DNA of 64,000 nt from Patescibacteria group bacterium (lineage in GTDB: Bacteria; Patescibacteriota; Patescibacteriia; JACRDY01). How positions within the stretch are numbered: position 1 is the stretch's first letter; each line of letters opens with the position of its first letter. The position numbers were made by a program, and so were the translations under genes. The notes beneath the pieces were generated by a model. The model had not been told where the DNA came from and searched no databases. It saw only the letters and a program-made list of their open reading frames with translations. Positions 27,005-36,498 of this stretch are shown in pieces. Location: positions 66,771 to 130,770 of the forward strand of contig JBAZFH010000003.1 in assembly GCA_041653535.1 (NCBI GenBank), read 5' to 3'.

Positions 27005-29068
27005 ATGTTAAAAAAATTTTTTGCGCCTCGTTCAATAGCGGTAATAGGGGCGTCAAGGGAAAGAGGTAAGCTGGGTTATACCATACTTGCTAATATTTTG
27101 CGATATAAATATCGCGGTAAAGTTTATCCGGTTAATCCCGAAGCAAAAAATATTTTAGGGTTAAAATGTTATCAGTCGGTCGGCGATATCGCCGGGCAGA
27201 TTGATTTAGCTGTTGTTGTTGTGCCGGCGGCAGTAGTGCCAAAAGTTTTGGAGGAATGCGGGCAAAAAAATATTTTAAGTGTGATCATCATTTCCGCTGG
27301 ATTCAAGGAAGTCGGTGGTGCCGGGGCGCAGCTGGAACAAGATATCCAAGAAATAACCAAAAAATATAATATTAATCTTCTAGGACCAAACTGTCTTGGC
27401 ATCCTTGATTCGGTTGATAATCTCAATGCTTCTTTTGCAGATGGTATGATTGATCGCGGCAGAATAGCTTTTTTTTCGCAGTCCGGAGCGATTTGTACCG
27501 CCATGCTTGATTGGGCAAAAAATAACAACATTGGTTTTAGTCGTTTTATCAGTTTGGGTAATAAAGCCGGAATTACCGAAAATGACTTATTGGAATTTTT
27601 AGCTAACGATAAAAATACCGATGTGATTTTGGGCTATCTGGAGGGAATCGCTGACGGTCGAAAGTTTTTGGAGATTTGTCGTAAGGTAGCTAAAAGTAAG
27701 CCAGTAATTATTTTAAAATCCGGCAGATCAAACGAGGGGCAAAAAGCGATTTCTTCGCATACCGGCAGTTTAGCCGGCAGTGATCAGGTGATTTCCGCTG
27801 CTTTTAGTGCGGCGGGAGTAATCAGAGCAAACGACCTACGCGAACTATTTAATTACGCGAAGCTTTTTCAGAGTGAGCCGTTGATAAAAGGTAGAAATAT
27901 TGCCATTGTTGCCAACGCCGGCGGTCCGAGCGTGATGACCACTGATGCCATAGCGCAAAGTGTTTTACGGATGGCAAGGTTTTCTCCGGCTACGATCAAT
28001 AAGCTAAAAAAGGGATTACCGGCAGCTGCAGCTTTGCATAATCCGATCGACGTAATTGGTGATGCGCGGGCAGACCGCTACGCCGTGGCGCTGGAAGCTG
28101 TTTTACAAGATAAAAATGTTAATGGAGTGATAGTATTGTTGACACCTCAGACAGTAACGGAAATATCGCAGACGGCACAGGTAGTTGTTTCTTTGGGTAA
28201 AAAATATAAAAAGCCGTTGTGTGCCAGTTTTATCGGCGGAAAAAAAGTGGCAAGCGGTGTGGATATTCTGAGGCAAGCAAATGTTCCGGTTTACGAATAT
28301 CCCGAAGAGGCGGTTGATTCTTTGGCGGCGATGGAAAAATACCGACAGTGGCGAGCAAAGCCAAAAAAGATATCAGAATGGCGGGCGATTGATTTTAAAA
28401 CCTGGAGTCGGATAGAAAAAGATTTGTGGTCAGATAAAGGTCAGTTAGAATGGGGTAAAACGGAAGAAATGTTGAAGGCTTACAAAATTCCTTTAGTAAA
28501 ATCCGTGGTGGTTGTTGATTCGGCGACAGCGGTTAAAACTGCCAAAAAATTTGGCTATCCGATAGCAATGAAAGTGGTAGCGAAAAAATTAATTCATAAA
28601 AGCGATGCGGGAGCAGTATTGGTAAATCTAAAAAATGAAAAGGAGGTCGGCGTTGGTTTTCAAAAACTTTATAAGATTGCCAAAAAATATAAAGGTCAGA
28701 TACTGGTACAACCAATGTTGCGCGACGCTAAAGAGATTATTATCGGGGTCAAGCGCGACGCGCAGTTTGGTCCAGTGATAATGTTTGGTCTTGGCGGTAT
28801 TTATGTCGAGATTTTGAAAGACGTTACTTTTAGAGTGGCGCCGATTGGTCATGACGAGGCGTTGGAAATGATTGGTGATATTAAGGCGGCGAAAGTGCTT
28901 TTTGGCGTTCGCGGTCAGGGCAGTGTAGACGTTGAAAAGATCGCTGATATTTTGGTAAAATTATCGCGCCTAACGGTTGATTTTCCGCAAATAAGTGAAA
29001 TTGATATTAATCCGGCGATGGCGATGCGAAAAGGGTGTCTGGTGGTTGACGCTAGGATAATGATTTAA
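27005..29068 (+). CDS. Acetate--CoA ligase (ADP-forming) family, fused alpha/beta
   Basis: PRSIAVIGAS, GPNCLG, SQSGA, SHTGSLAG, HKSD, FGPVIMFGLGG, EIDINP. Confidence 0.92.
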   Translation: MLKKFFAPRSIAVIGASRERGKLGYTILANILRYKYRGKVYPVNPEAKNILGLKCYQSVGDIAGQIDLAVVVVPAAVVPKVLEECGQKNILSVIIISAGFKEVGGAGAQLEQDIQEITKKYNINLLGPNCLGILDSVDNLNASFADGMIDRGRIAFFSQSGAICTAMLDWAKNNNIGFSRFISLGNKAGITENDLLEFLANDKNTDVILGYLEGIADGRKFLEICRKVAKSKPVIILKSGRSNEGQKAISSHTGSLAGSDQVISAAFSAAGVIRANDLRELFNYAKLFQSEPLIKGRNIAIVANAGGPSVMTTDAIAQSVLRMARFSPATINKLKKGLPAAAALHNPIDVIGDARADRYAVALEAVLQDKNVNGVIVLLTPQTVTEISQTAQVVVSLGKKYKKPLCASFIGGKKVASGVDILRQANVPVYEYPEEAVDSLAAMEKYRQWRAKPKKISEWRAIDFKTWSRIEKDLWSDKGQLEWGKTEEMLKAYKIPLVKSVVVVDSATAVKTAKKFGYPIAMKVVAKKLIHKSDAGAVLVNLKNEKEVGVGFQKLYKIAKKYKGQILVQPMLRDAKEIIIGVKRDAQFGPVIMFGLGGIYVEILKDVTFRVAPIGHDEALEMIGDIKAAKVLFGVRGQGSVDVEKIADILVKLSRLTVDFPQISEIDINPAMAMRKGCLVVDARIMI

Positions 29069-29082
29069 AATGCAGTTTTTCT

Positions 29083-30693
29083 ATGATTAAGCGCTTACTA
29101 AGCGGTGAGTCTAAAACTATTACTTCGGCGGCAATAATCATTGGCGCCGCTTCTTTGGTTTCGCGCCTGCTTGGTGTTTTGCGGGACAGAGTGCTGGCTG
29201 GAGAGTTCGGCGCGGGAGAAACTTTGGATATATATTATGCTGCCTTTCGTATTCCTGATTTGGTCTATAACCTTTTGATTCTGGGTGCGCTGTCAGCCGG
29301 GTTTATTCCGGTGTTTATTCGTTATTTTAAAAAATCTGAAGACGAAGGTTGGCGATTAGCCGCCGCGGTTTTAAATGTTGTGATTATCGGAGTGGCAATT
29401 ATTTCCGCGGTTTTATTTGTTTTTACGCCTTGGTTGGTATCGCTGCTGGCTCCGGGTTTTTCCGCTGCGGCACAAGCATCTACCGTTACAATGACAAGAA
29501 TAATGTTTTTATCGCCCTTATTTTTGGGTATTAGTGCGGTTTGGGGCGGAATACTGCAATCGCAAAAGAAATTTTTTGTTTATTCGCTGGCGCCGATTTT
29601 TTACAACGTCGGCATTATGATTGGCGCGCTGTTTTTTGTCACTCCGTTCGGGATCGACGCTCTTGCCTGGGGTGTAGTACTTGGCGCTTTTTTGCATATG
29701 ATTGTGCAACTGCCGTCGATTTTCGGTTGCGGTTTTCGTTATCGTCCGATTCTGTCACTGCGTCATGCCGGTGTGCGGGAAATAATAGTGATGATGGTGC
29801 CGCGGGTGCTTGGTCTGGCTGTATCGCAGGTTAATCTTTTTGTCGTTAATATTATTGCTTCAATGCTAGCCGCTGGGTCAATCGCTGTTTTTAATCTGGC
29901 TAATAACCTACAGTCTTTTCCTCTAGGGATATTTGGGGTTTCTTTTGCCATTGCTGCTTTTCCGACATTGTCGGCGGCAGTAGCGGGGGAGAGTAAGGAG
30001 GAATTTGTCAAAAGTTTTTCGGTAACAGCGCGACAGATTTTGTTTTTTATCATCCCGCTTTCGGCTTTGTTTTTGGTTTTGCGCGCCCAGATTGTTCGTG
30101 CAGTACTCGGTGCCGGTTCTTTCGATTGGGAAGACACGATTTTGACTGCTGATGCTTTAGCGTTTTTTAGCGTCAGTCTTTTTGCTCAAGGCTTGATACC
30201 ATTGCTAGTTAGAGGATTTTTTGCTTGGAGTAACACTATGATCCCGCTTATTGCTGGGCTAATTGGCGCCATGGTTAATATCGCTCTGGCTTGGGTGTTG
30301 GCGGCAGATTATGGCGTAGCGGGATTAGCTTTAGCTTTTTCGGTTTCGTCAATTATTCAGGTAATTATTCTTTGGCTGGCGTTACGGCATAAAACCAACG
30401 GTCTTGACGAAGTAAATATTATTTTTGCCGTGGTAAAAATTTCTCTTGCTACACTGACAATGAGTTTTACAACCCAGTATTTGAAATATGTTATCGAGCC
30501 TTATACCGGCACGGAAACCTTTATCGGTATTTTTTCTCAAGGCTTGCTTGCCGGACTGGGAGGAATACTTGTTTTTATTTTAGTCAGTTTATTTTTGCGT
30601 TCGGAGGAAATGTTGGTTTTTGCCGCGTCTTTCAAAAGACGTTTTTTACGCAAAGAGGCGGTAGAAAAGGTGGAAGAGGAGATAGAAAGCTAG
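29083..30693 (+). CDS. murJ: Lipid II flippase MurJ (MviN)
   Basis: SRLLGVLRD, AAFRIPD, GALSAGFIPVF, multi-TM. Confidence 0.95.
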   Translation: MIKRLLSGESKTITSAAIIIGAASLVSRLLGVLRDRVLAGEFGAGETLDIYYAAFRIPDLVYNLLILGALSAGFIPVFIRYFKKSEDEGWRLAAAVLNVVIIGVAIISAVLFVFTPWLVSLLAPGFSAAAQASTVTMTRIMFLSPLFLGISAVWGGILQSQKKFFVYSLAPIFYNVGIMIGALFFVTPFGIDALAWGVVLGAFLHMIVQLPSIFGCGFRYRPILSLRHAGVREIIVMMVPRVLGLAVSQVNLFVVNIIASMLAAGSIAVFNLANNLQSFPLGIFGVSFAIAAFPTLSAAVAGESKEEFVKSFSVTARQILFFIIPLSALFLVLRAQIVRAVLGAGSFDWEDTILTADALAFFSVSLFAQGLIPLLVRGFFAWSNTMIPLIAGLIGAMVNIALAWVLAADYGVAGLALAFSVSSIIQVIILWLALRHKTNGLDEVNIIFAVVKISLATLTMSFTTQYLKYVIEPYTGTETFIGIFSQGLLAGLGGILVFILVSLFLRSEEMLVFAASFKRRFLRKEAVEKVEEEIES

Positions 30694-30783
30694 GAAGTGG
30701 TAGTTGGTAGATGGTAGATGGGGATAATAATTACGAATTAAGGATCAGCGGGTGAAGAAATTAGAAATTGGAAATTAGAAATG
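30691..30783. repeat. Heptamer tracts (tggtagW)n and (aaattRg)n downstream of murJ
   Basis: taggaagtggtagttggtagatggtagatggg; gaaattagaaattggaaattagaaat. Confidence 0.75.
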
Positions 30784-30844
30784 ATTTTGTTAACAATATT
30801 TTGTTTAAAATTAGCCAAATAAGGGCTATTTTTTGTTTTTACTA

Positions 30845-30873
30845 TTGACAAGATTTATAAAATATGCTATTAT
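30845..30873 (+). promoter_or_regulatory. Sigma70 promoter of the small lipoprotein gene
   Basis: TTGACA-N17-TATTAT with TGn extension. Confidence 0.7.
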
Positions 30874-30926
30874 ATTAAGTATAAGATAAAGATTTTTTAC
30901 AACAAGGGATAACAAAGGAGTCTGGA

Positions 30927-31157
30927 ATGAAAGATGATCGCATGTTTCTCTTCATCCTCGTTGCTGTCGCCATTATTGCCGTTTGCGGGCTTATGGCCTG
31001 CGATAGCTACGTTTCCGGTGAAGGGACCGATGACGTCGCAGCCAGCGTCGAAGATTTGTTCATCAACCCCGGCGTTGAAGGCATCGACTACATTGTTCTG
31101 TCCGATGACAGCATCCAGGTTATCGGACGCACCAATGGCGACACCGCCGAAGAGTAG
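30927..31157 (+). CDS. Small acidic putative lipoprotein
   Basis: Signal peptide with LMAC lipobox, AAGGAG RBS, own promoter and terminator. Confidence 0.65.
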   Translation: MKDDRMFLFILVAVAIIAVCGLMACDSYVSGEGTDDVAASVEDLFINPGVEGIDYIVLSDDSIQVIGRTNGDTAEE

Positions 31158-31203
31158 TTGAAAAAAATAGCCCTCAAATCCCCATCTAGGGGATGTCCCA
31201 CCC

Positions 31204-31267
31204 AAAACCCGACAAGAGCATTCCCCGACCATCAAAGGTCAACGCTCTACCCGTCGGGTTTTTTTTA
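31204..31267 (+). terminator. Long-loop hairpin with a U-tract
   Basis: aaaacccgac...gtcgggtttttttt with an internal agagc/gctct stem. Confidence 0.6.
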
Positions 31268-31368
31268 TTTTGTTAAAGCATTGAAAAAGAGGGAGCAATA
31301 AGGTAGAATGGTAGCAAATCGGGATTAGCAGCTAGTCACTAGTTACTAGCTGCTAGTTACTATTTTTT

Positions 31369-33132
31369 ATGAATAACATCCGAAATTTTTGTATTATCGC
31401 GCATATTGACCACGGTAAGTCAACTCTGGCTGACCGTCTTTTGGAAATCACTGGAACGGTCTCAATGCGGGAAATGAAAGATCAAATACTTGATCAGATG
31501 GATCTGGAGCAAGAGCGTGGTATCACTATCAAACTGCAGCCGGTCCGAATGGACTATCAGGGCTATATTTTAAATTTGATCGATACTCCTGGGCACGTGG
31601 ACTTTAGCTACGAAGTGTCGCGCTCCCTGGCCGCTGTCGAGGGAGCGATATTACTTGTAGATGCTACGCAAGGAATCCAGGCGCAAACTCTAGCCAACCT
31701 CTATATGGCGCTCGAACAAAATCTGGTGATTATTCCGGCGATCAACAAAATTGATTTGCCGGCTGCCGATCCAGAGCGGGTAACAAAAGAGATTGTTAAC
31801 TTGATTGGTTGTAAATCAGAGGAGGTAATCAAGGTTTCGGCTAAAACCGGCGCTGGCGTTACCGAACTTTTAGCCGCGGTGATAAAAGATGTGCCGCCAC
31901 CGACTATTGTGGAAGATAAAGCGTTGCAAGCTTTGATTTTTGATTCCAAGTTTGACGAATATCGCGGCGTAGTGGCTGATATACGTCTCGTTTCCGGAGA
32001 GATTAAGCGCGGTGACAAGGCGCATTTCTTGGCTACTGGAGCGATTAGCGAAGTTTTGGAAGTTGGCGTACTGCGACCAAAGCTGGTGACTAGAGATAAA
32101 CTGCTAGCCGGAGAAATCGGTTATGTGGTAACAGGATTAAAAGAAGTTGCCGAATGTCGCGTCGGTGACACGATTGGTTTTGGCGACAGCAAACCGCTTC
32201 CCGGATATAAAGAAGTAAAGCCGATGGTTTTTGCCGGAATATTTTGTAAAGAAGGTAGCGAATATCAGCAGCTGCGTGAAGGTATAGAAAAACTAAAGTT
32301 AAACGACGCGGCGCTGACTTTTGAGCCGGAAAACTCACCGGCGCTAGGGTACGGTTTTCGCTGCGGTTTTCTTGGCATGTTACATCTGGATATTGTTCAT
32401 GAGCGTTTGCATCGCGAGTATGACCTTGATTTGGTTATTACTGTGCCGTCGGTAGCTTACAAAATTTTTAAAACTAATGGCGACGAGTCAACTATCAAAA
32501 GTCCGCAAGAAATGCCGGATCCGTCTTACCTCGATCACGTCGAAGAGCCGGTGATGAAAGTCGATGTGGTGACGCCAAAAGATTATCTAGGACCGATTAT
32601 GGAAGTCACTCAAGGTAAGCGCGGTATTTATATTAATACAGAGTTTTTGGATGAAAAGATAGCCGTGCTGCATTACGAAATGCCCCTAGCTTCACTAATT
32701 ATTGATTTTTACGATAAGCTCAAAAGCGTGTCACAAGGTTACGCTTCGTTAAACTACGACTATAAGGGTTACCAAAAAGCTGAAGTAAACAAAATGGATA
32801 TACTGGTTGCCGGTGACAAGATTGAGGCACTTTCAACCATAGTTTATCACGATGAAGCACACTCAGTTGGTAAAAAAATAGTAGCTGAGCTAAAAAACGT
32901 TTTACCGCGACAAATGTTTGAGGTGAAAATTCAGGCGGCGATTGGTAGCACGATAGTTGCTTCAGACAAGATTTCCGCTATGCGTAAAGACGTTACGGCC
33001 AAGCTCTATGGCGGTGATGTGACGCGTAAACGTAAGCTACTAGAAAAACAGAAAAAGGGTAAAAAGAAAATGAAAGCTATGGGTAAAGTAGATATTCCGT
33101 CCGAGGCTTTTATGGCGGTTTTGAAGAGATAG
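31369..33132 (+). CDS. lepA: Elongation factor 4 (LepA)
   Basis: IRNFCIIAHIDHGKSTLADRL, GFRCGFLGMLH, RKDVTAKLYGGD. Confidence 0.99.
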   Translation: MNNIRNFCIIAHIDHGKSTLADRLLEITGTVSMREMKDQILDQMDLEQERGITIKLQPVRMDYQGYILNLIDTPGHVDFSYEVSRSLAAVEGAILLVDATQGIQAQTLANLYMALEQNLVIIPAINKIDLPAADPERVTKEIVNLIGCKSEEVIKVSAKTGAGVTELLAAVIKDVPPPTIVEDKALQALIFDSKFDEYRGVVADIRLVSGEIKRGDKAHFLATGAISEVLEVGVLRPKLVTRDKLLAGEIGYVVTGLKEVAECRVGDTIGFGDSKPLPGYKEVKPMVFAGIFCKEGSEYQQLREGIEKLKLNDAALTFEPENSPALGYGFRCGFLGMLHLDIVHERLHREYDLDLVITVPSVAYKIFKTNGDESTIKSPQEMPDPSYLDHVEEPVMKVDVVTPKDYLGPIMEVTQGKRGIYINTEFLDEKIAVLHYEMPLASLIIDFYDKLKSVSQGYASLNYDYKGYQKAEVNKMDILVAGDKIEALSTIVYHDEAHSVGKKIVAELKNVLPRQMFEVKIQAAIGSTIVASDKISAMRKDVTAKLYGGDVTRKRKLLEKQKKGKKKMKAMGKVDIPSEAFMAVLKR

Positions 33133-33165
33133 TTGGTAGGTGGTAGTTAGTAGTTGGTAGTTAGG
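33130..33165. repeat. Heptamer tract (tagttRg)~5 beginning at the lepA stop codon
   Basis: tagttggtaggtggtagttagtagttggtagttag. Confidence 0.8.
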
Positions 33166-33213
33166 GAAAAGAAAAAAGAGCCGCGGGTGGCAGCTCCTTT
33201 AAATTGTTGATGG

Positions 33214-33690
33214 TTACATAATGTGTTGTTCGAACAGTTTACGGCGGGGGTTGTCGGGCGGCAGAGCTTCGATCTCTTTCATTGCCTTTTCGTGAGCAAT
33301 GCAATCGCGCAAAAAAGTTTCGGCACCCCAGCGGTTGACTCGCAGGTGAAATCCTTCGGTTTCAGAGCCCTTTTCGCCCCAACCGAAGCGGTTGCACAGC
33401 ATTACTCGTGGATCATCGGGCGGCAACAAGTCAAAATCGGCTTGAGTGATTTCTTGCAAACCTTCCTCGGGTTCATACTGGTAAGGGTAGATAGACGTTT
33501 TGCTGTCCATGTCCCTGACCACTTGTTTTGCCATCTGCGGGTCGGAGTCAAAAATGATTTCCCGCACCTTTTGCGGGTCGTAGATGGTGCGACAGAGGTC
33601 GATGTCGATTTCCAGTTTTTGGCATTCTTTTGCCAGCACCTTGCGCGGATCGTCGGGCGCCAAGGCGTCGAATTCAGTTTGAGTCAGCAT
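33214..33690 (-). CDS. Hypothetical protein with three LxPDDPR repeats
   Basis: TQTEFDALAPDDPRKVL / TQADFDLLPPDDPRVML / IEALPPDNPRRKL; AAGGAGG RBS. Confidence 0.75.
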   Translation of the reverse strand: MLTQTEFDALAPDDPRKVLAKECQKLEIDIDLCRTIYDPQKVREIIFDSDPQMAKQVVRDMDSKTSIYPYQYEPEEGLQEITQADFDLLPPDDPRVMLCNRFGWGEKGSETEGFHLRVNRWGAETFLRDCIAHEKAMKEIEALPPDNPRRKLFEQHIM

Positions 33691-33893
33691 TAGTGTTCCT
33701 CCTTCAACTCTTCAAGTTCGAGGTTAGATGGCGGCGGATCGACGAATTCCTGAATATGTAGGTTCAGAACGTCGGTGCTACCGCAAGCAGGGCAGGCTTC
33801 GGGCGCGGCTTCCATTTTCCTAAGATACAGTGTTTTGCCGCAATGGCGGCGACGCCAATCTGGTTCCGGTGGCGCGATACCTCTTTCTTGCAT
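33690..33893 (-). CDS. Small zinc-ribbon-like hypothetical protein
   Basis: RHCG...CPACGS; stop overlaps the next start (TAATG). Confidence 0.55.
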   Translation of the reverse strand: MQERGIAPPEPDWRRRHCGKTLYLRKMEAAPEACPACGSTDVLNLHIQEFVDPPPSNLELEELKEEH

Positions 33894-34058
33894 TTTTATC
33901 TCATTTTTTCAAGCTTCTTACTTCACCTTATTATTATATTGTTTATTAGTCAAGAGATATGAAATTAAAAAGAAAAAAGATACAAAAGACGATTTGGATT
34001 ATAATTAATGTCTTAGTGGCGTTGTCAATGGTTTTGTGGACCGTGGCAATTGCGTTTT

Positions 34059-34142
34059 AAGAGGATAGGGAGTGTAGGAGAGTAGGAGGATAGGAGGGTA
34101 AATTAATGCATTTGTATTTTACCTATCCTCCTATCCTCCTAA
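34059..34142. repeat. Intergenic octamer repeat pair upstream of recJ
   Basis: agaggatagggagtgtaggagagtaggaggataggaggg ... cctatcctcctatcctccta. Confidence 0.8.
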
Positions 34143-34153
34143 TATCATAATTT

Positions 34154-35947
34154 ATGTCAAAAATTTGGCAAATAGCACCGCAAATGCCGGTGGAATTTAG
34201 AGATAGATTTCCGGAGATAAATCCGGTGGTTTTGCAATTGCTGTATAGTCGCGGTATCGACACTCAGGAAAAAGTAGATGAGTTTTTTAATCCCGATTAC
34301 GAACAAGATTTGCATGATCCTTTTATTTTTCAAGATATGGCCAAAGCGGTAAAAAGAATATTTGCTGCTATAAAAAAAGGCGAAAAAATCGTGGTCCATG
34401 GTGACTATGACGCTGACGGAGTTACTGCCTCTACAGTAATGATGACGACACTGCGGAAAATGGTTGAGATTTTTGGTAAAAAAGAAAAAATCGATACATT
34501 GTTTGATGTTTATATTCCTCATCGGGAGAAAGAAGGCTATGGTTTTCAGATTCCCACCGCCCAATATTTTATTGATAACAAAATTGATTTGGTAATTACT
34601 GTTGACTGTGGCGTGTCGGACGCGCCGGCAGTGGAATTTTGCTCTAAGGCCGGAATAGATGTGATAGTTACTGATCATCACCAAGAGCCGGTGACCCTGC
34701 CAGCAGCTTACGCTATTATCAATCCACAGCTAGCTCGCGAGAAATATCCTTTTCGCCAGTTGGCCGGTGTCGGCGTGGCTTTTAAAGTCGCGCAAGCATT
34801 GATTGCTGAGGCTAAGAAAAAAAATGACAAAGAAAATTGGGAAGGTTTTGAAAAATGGCTGCTGGATTTGGTCGCTATCGGAACAGTGGCTGATGTTATG
34901 CCGCTGCTCGGTGAAAACCGCACTTTGGTGCGTTACGGTCTAGTGGTACTAAACAAAACGCCAAGGCTGGGGCTAAAGGCTTTGTTCAAACAAGCCGGTA
35001 TCAGTGGCAACGGCGGTGTGCCGAGCAGCTTTCGTGACGATCTGCCTAAAAAGGGTTTAAATAGTTATTCGATCGCTTTTCAGATATCGCCGCGACTAAA
35101 CGCCGCTGGTCGTATGGATCATGCCAATAACGCCTATGGACTACTGATGACTACTGACGAACAAGAAGCGGAAAGTATGGCTGAGCAAATCCAGAAAAGC
35201 AACTCGGCGCGGCAGACTTTGACTGAAAATATTATTTCTCAAGTGGAAAAGAATTTGGGTCAGCAAGCTTCGGCAGATGAAAAGCTGCTTATCGGTATAG
35301 GCGACAATTGGCCAACGGGAATATTGGGGTTGGTGGCCGGTCGACTTTGCGAACGGTTTTATCGACCGGTGGTAATTATTTCGCGTTTTGAAGGTAAGAT
35401 AGTTGGCTCAGGCAGAGGTATTGATGGTAGTGATATTACCGTACCGCTCAAAGGTCTAGAAAAATATTTATATCGTTATGGTGGTCATGCTCAAGCTAAC
35501 GGCTTTACTCTAAAACCAGAAGCTTCTCTCGAAGAATTTGTCGTTGAGTACAAAAAAGCTTTAGCTGTGCAGCTAGAAAAAGTTGAACTTATGTCTTTTC
35601 TGGAAATCGATAGCGAAGTTGATTTGGCTGATGTGAGCTGGCCGCTTTATGACGAACTGGAAAAAATGGAGCCTTTTGGCGAGGGTAATGTCCGACCTAG
35701 ATTTTTGGCTACTGGTTTAGAGGTAGACTCAGTAGAGAAAATGGGCAAAGACATGAAACATTTGAAATTGTTGGTCAGGCAGAATAACGGCATGGTGCGT
35801 AAACTCATTGGTTTTGGTAAAGTGATTGATTTTGCCAGTATTAAGAAAGGTGATAAAATAGATGCCGTAATCGACGTCGGTATTAATGAATGGAATGGCA
35901 GTAGGGAGCTGCAGTTAAAAATAGCCGATTTAAAAATACATTCTTAA
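34154..35947 (+). CDS. recJ: Single-stranded-DNA-specific exonuclease RecJ
   Basis: GDYDADG, ITVDCG, TDHH, PRLNAAGRM, YGGH, EPFGEGN. Confidence 0.97.
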   Translation: MSKIWQIAPQMPVEFRDRFPEINPVVLQLLYSRGIDTQEKVDEFFNPDYEQDLHDPFIFQDMAKAVKRIFAAIKKGEKIVVHGDYDADGVTASTVMMTTLRKMVEIFGKKEKIDTLFDVYIPHREKEGYGFQIPTAQYFIDNKIDLVITVDCGVSDAPAVEFCSKAGIDVIVTDHHQEPVTLPAAYAIINPQLAREKYPFRQLAGVGVAFKVAQALIAEAKKKNDKENWEGFEKWLLDLVAIGTVADVMPLLGENRTLVRYGLVVLNKTPRLGLKALFKQAGISGNGGVPSSFRDDLPKKGLNSYSIAFQISPRLNAAGRMDHANNAYGLLMTTDEQEAESMAEQIQKSNSARQTLTENIISQVEKNLGQQASADEKLLIGIGDNWPTGILGLVAGRLCERFYRPVVIISRFEGKIVGSGRGIDGSDITVPLKGLEKYLYRYGGHAQANGFTLKPEASLEEFVVEYKKALAVQLEKVELMSFLEIDSEVDLADVSWPLYDELEKMEPFGEGNVRPRFLATGLEVDSVEKMGKDMKHLKLLVRQNNGMVRKLIGFGKVIDFASIKKGDKIDAVIDVGINEWNGSRELQLKIADLKIHS

Positions 35948-35949
35948 TT

Positions 35950-35979
35950 TCCGGCGAAGCCGGACCCGGCTCTGCCGGG
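35950..35979. repeat. REP-like palindrome, copy 2, intergenic
   Basis: tccggcgaagccggacccggctctgccggg. Confidence 0.85.
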
Positions 35980-36038
35980 CTCGTCTATTGCTTCAGAATA
36001 GAGATAAGAAGTAGGAAGTAAGAATAAGATGATTTAAA

Positions 36039-36455
36039 ATGCCTATGGATAAGCTAATCGTTTATACTGATGGTGGCGCTCGCGGTAATCCTGGTCCGGC
36101 AGGAATCGGCGTGGTTTTTTATAATAGCAAAAAAGAAATAGTAAAAAAGTTTGGTAAATATGTCGGTGATGATATGACTAATAATCAAGCCGAATATATA
36201 GCCGTGATAGAAGCGCTGGCAGCGGCTAAAGAACTGGGGGTTAAAGAGCTGGATTTTTTCTTGGATAGCGAATTGGTGGTCAAACAGTTAAATGGAGAAT
36301 ATAAAGTAAAAAATAAAGAATTAAGTTCACTGTTTGTTAAAATTTGGAACGCAACTCAAAGCTTTAGTAAGGTTAAATATCGTCATGTGCCCAGGGAAGA
36401 AAACAAGGAAGCGGATCGGCTGGTAAACGACGCGATTGACAGGGAAAAAAGATAG
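36039..36455 (+). CDS. rnhA: Ribonuclease HI family protein
   Basis: YTDGGARGNPGPAGIG, TNNQAEY, DSELVV.QLNGEYKVK, HVPREENKEAD. Confidence 0.93.
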   Translation: MPMDKLIVYTDGGARGNPGPAGIGVVFYNSKKEIVKKFGKYVGDDMTNNQAEYIAVIEALAAAKELGVKELDFFLDSELVVKQLNGEYKVKNKELSSLFVKIWNATQSFSKVKYRHVPREENKEADRLVNDAIDREKR

Positions 36456-36498
36456 CCTAAAAGGCTATTTTTTGTTATAATAAAGCAAAACTAAAAAC

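Noticed and set aside
33223-33693. 156-aa plus-strand ORF
   Set aside because: Shadow of the minus-strand gene, which has an SD, internal repeats and a coupled upstream ORF.
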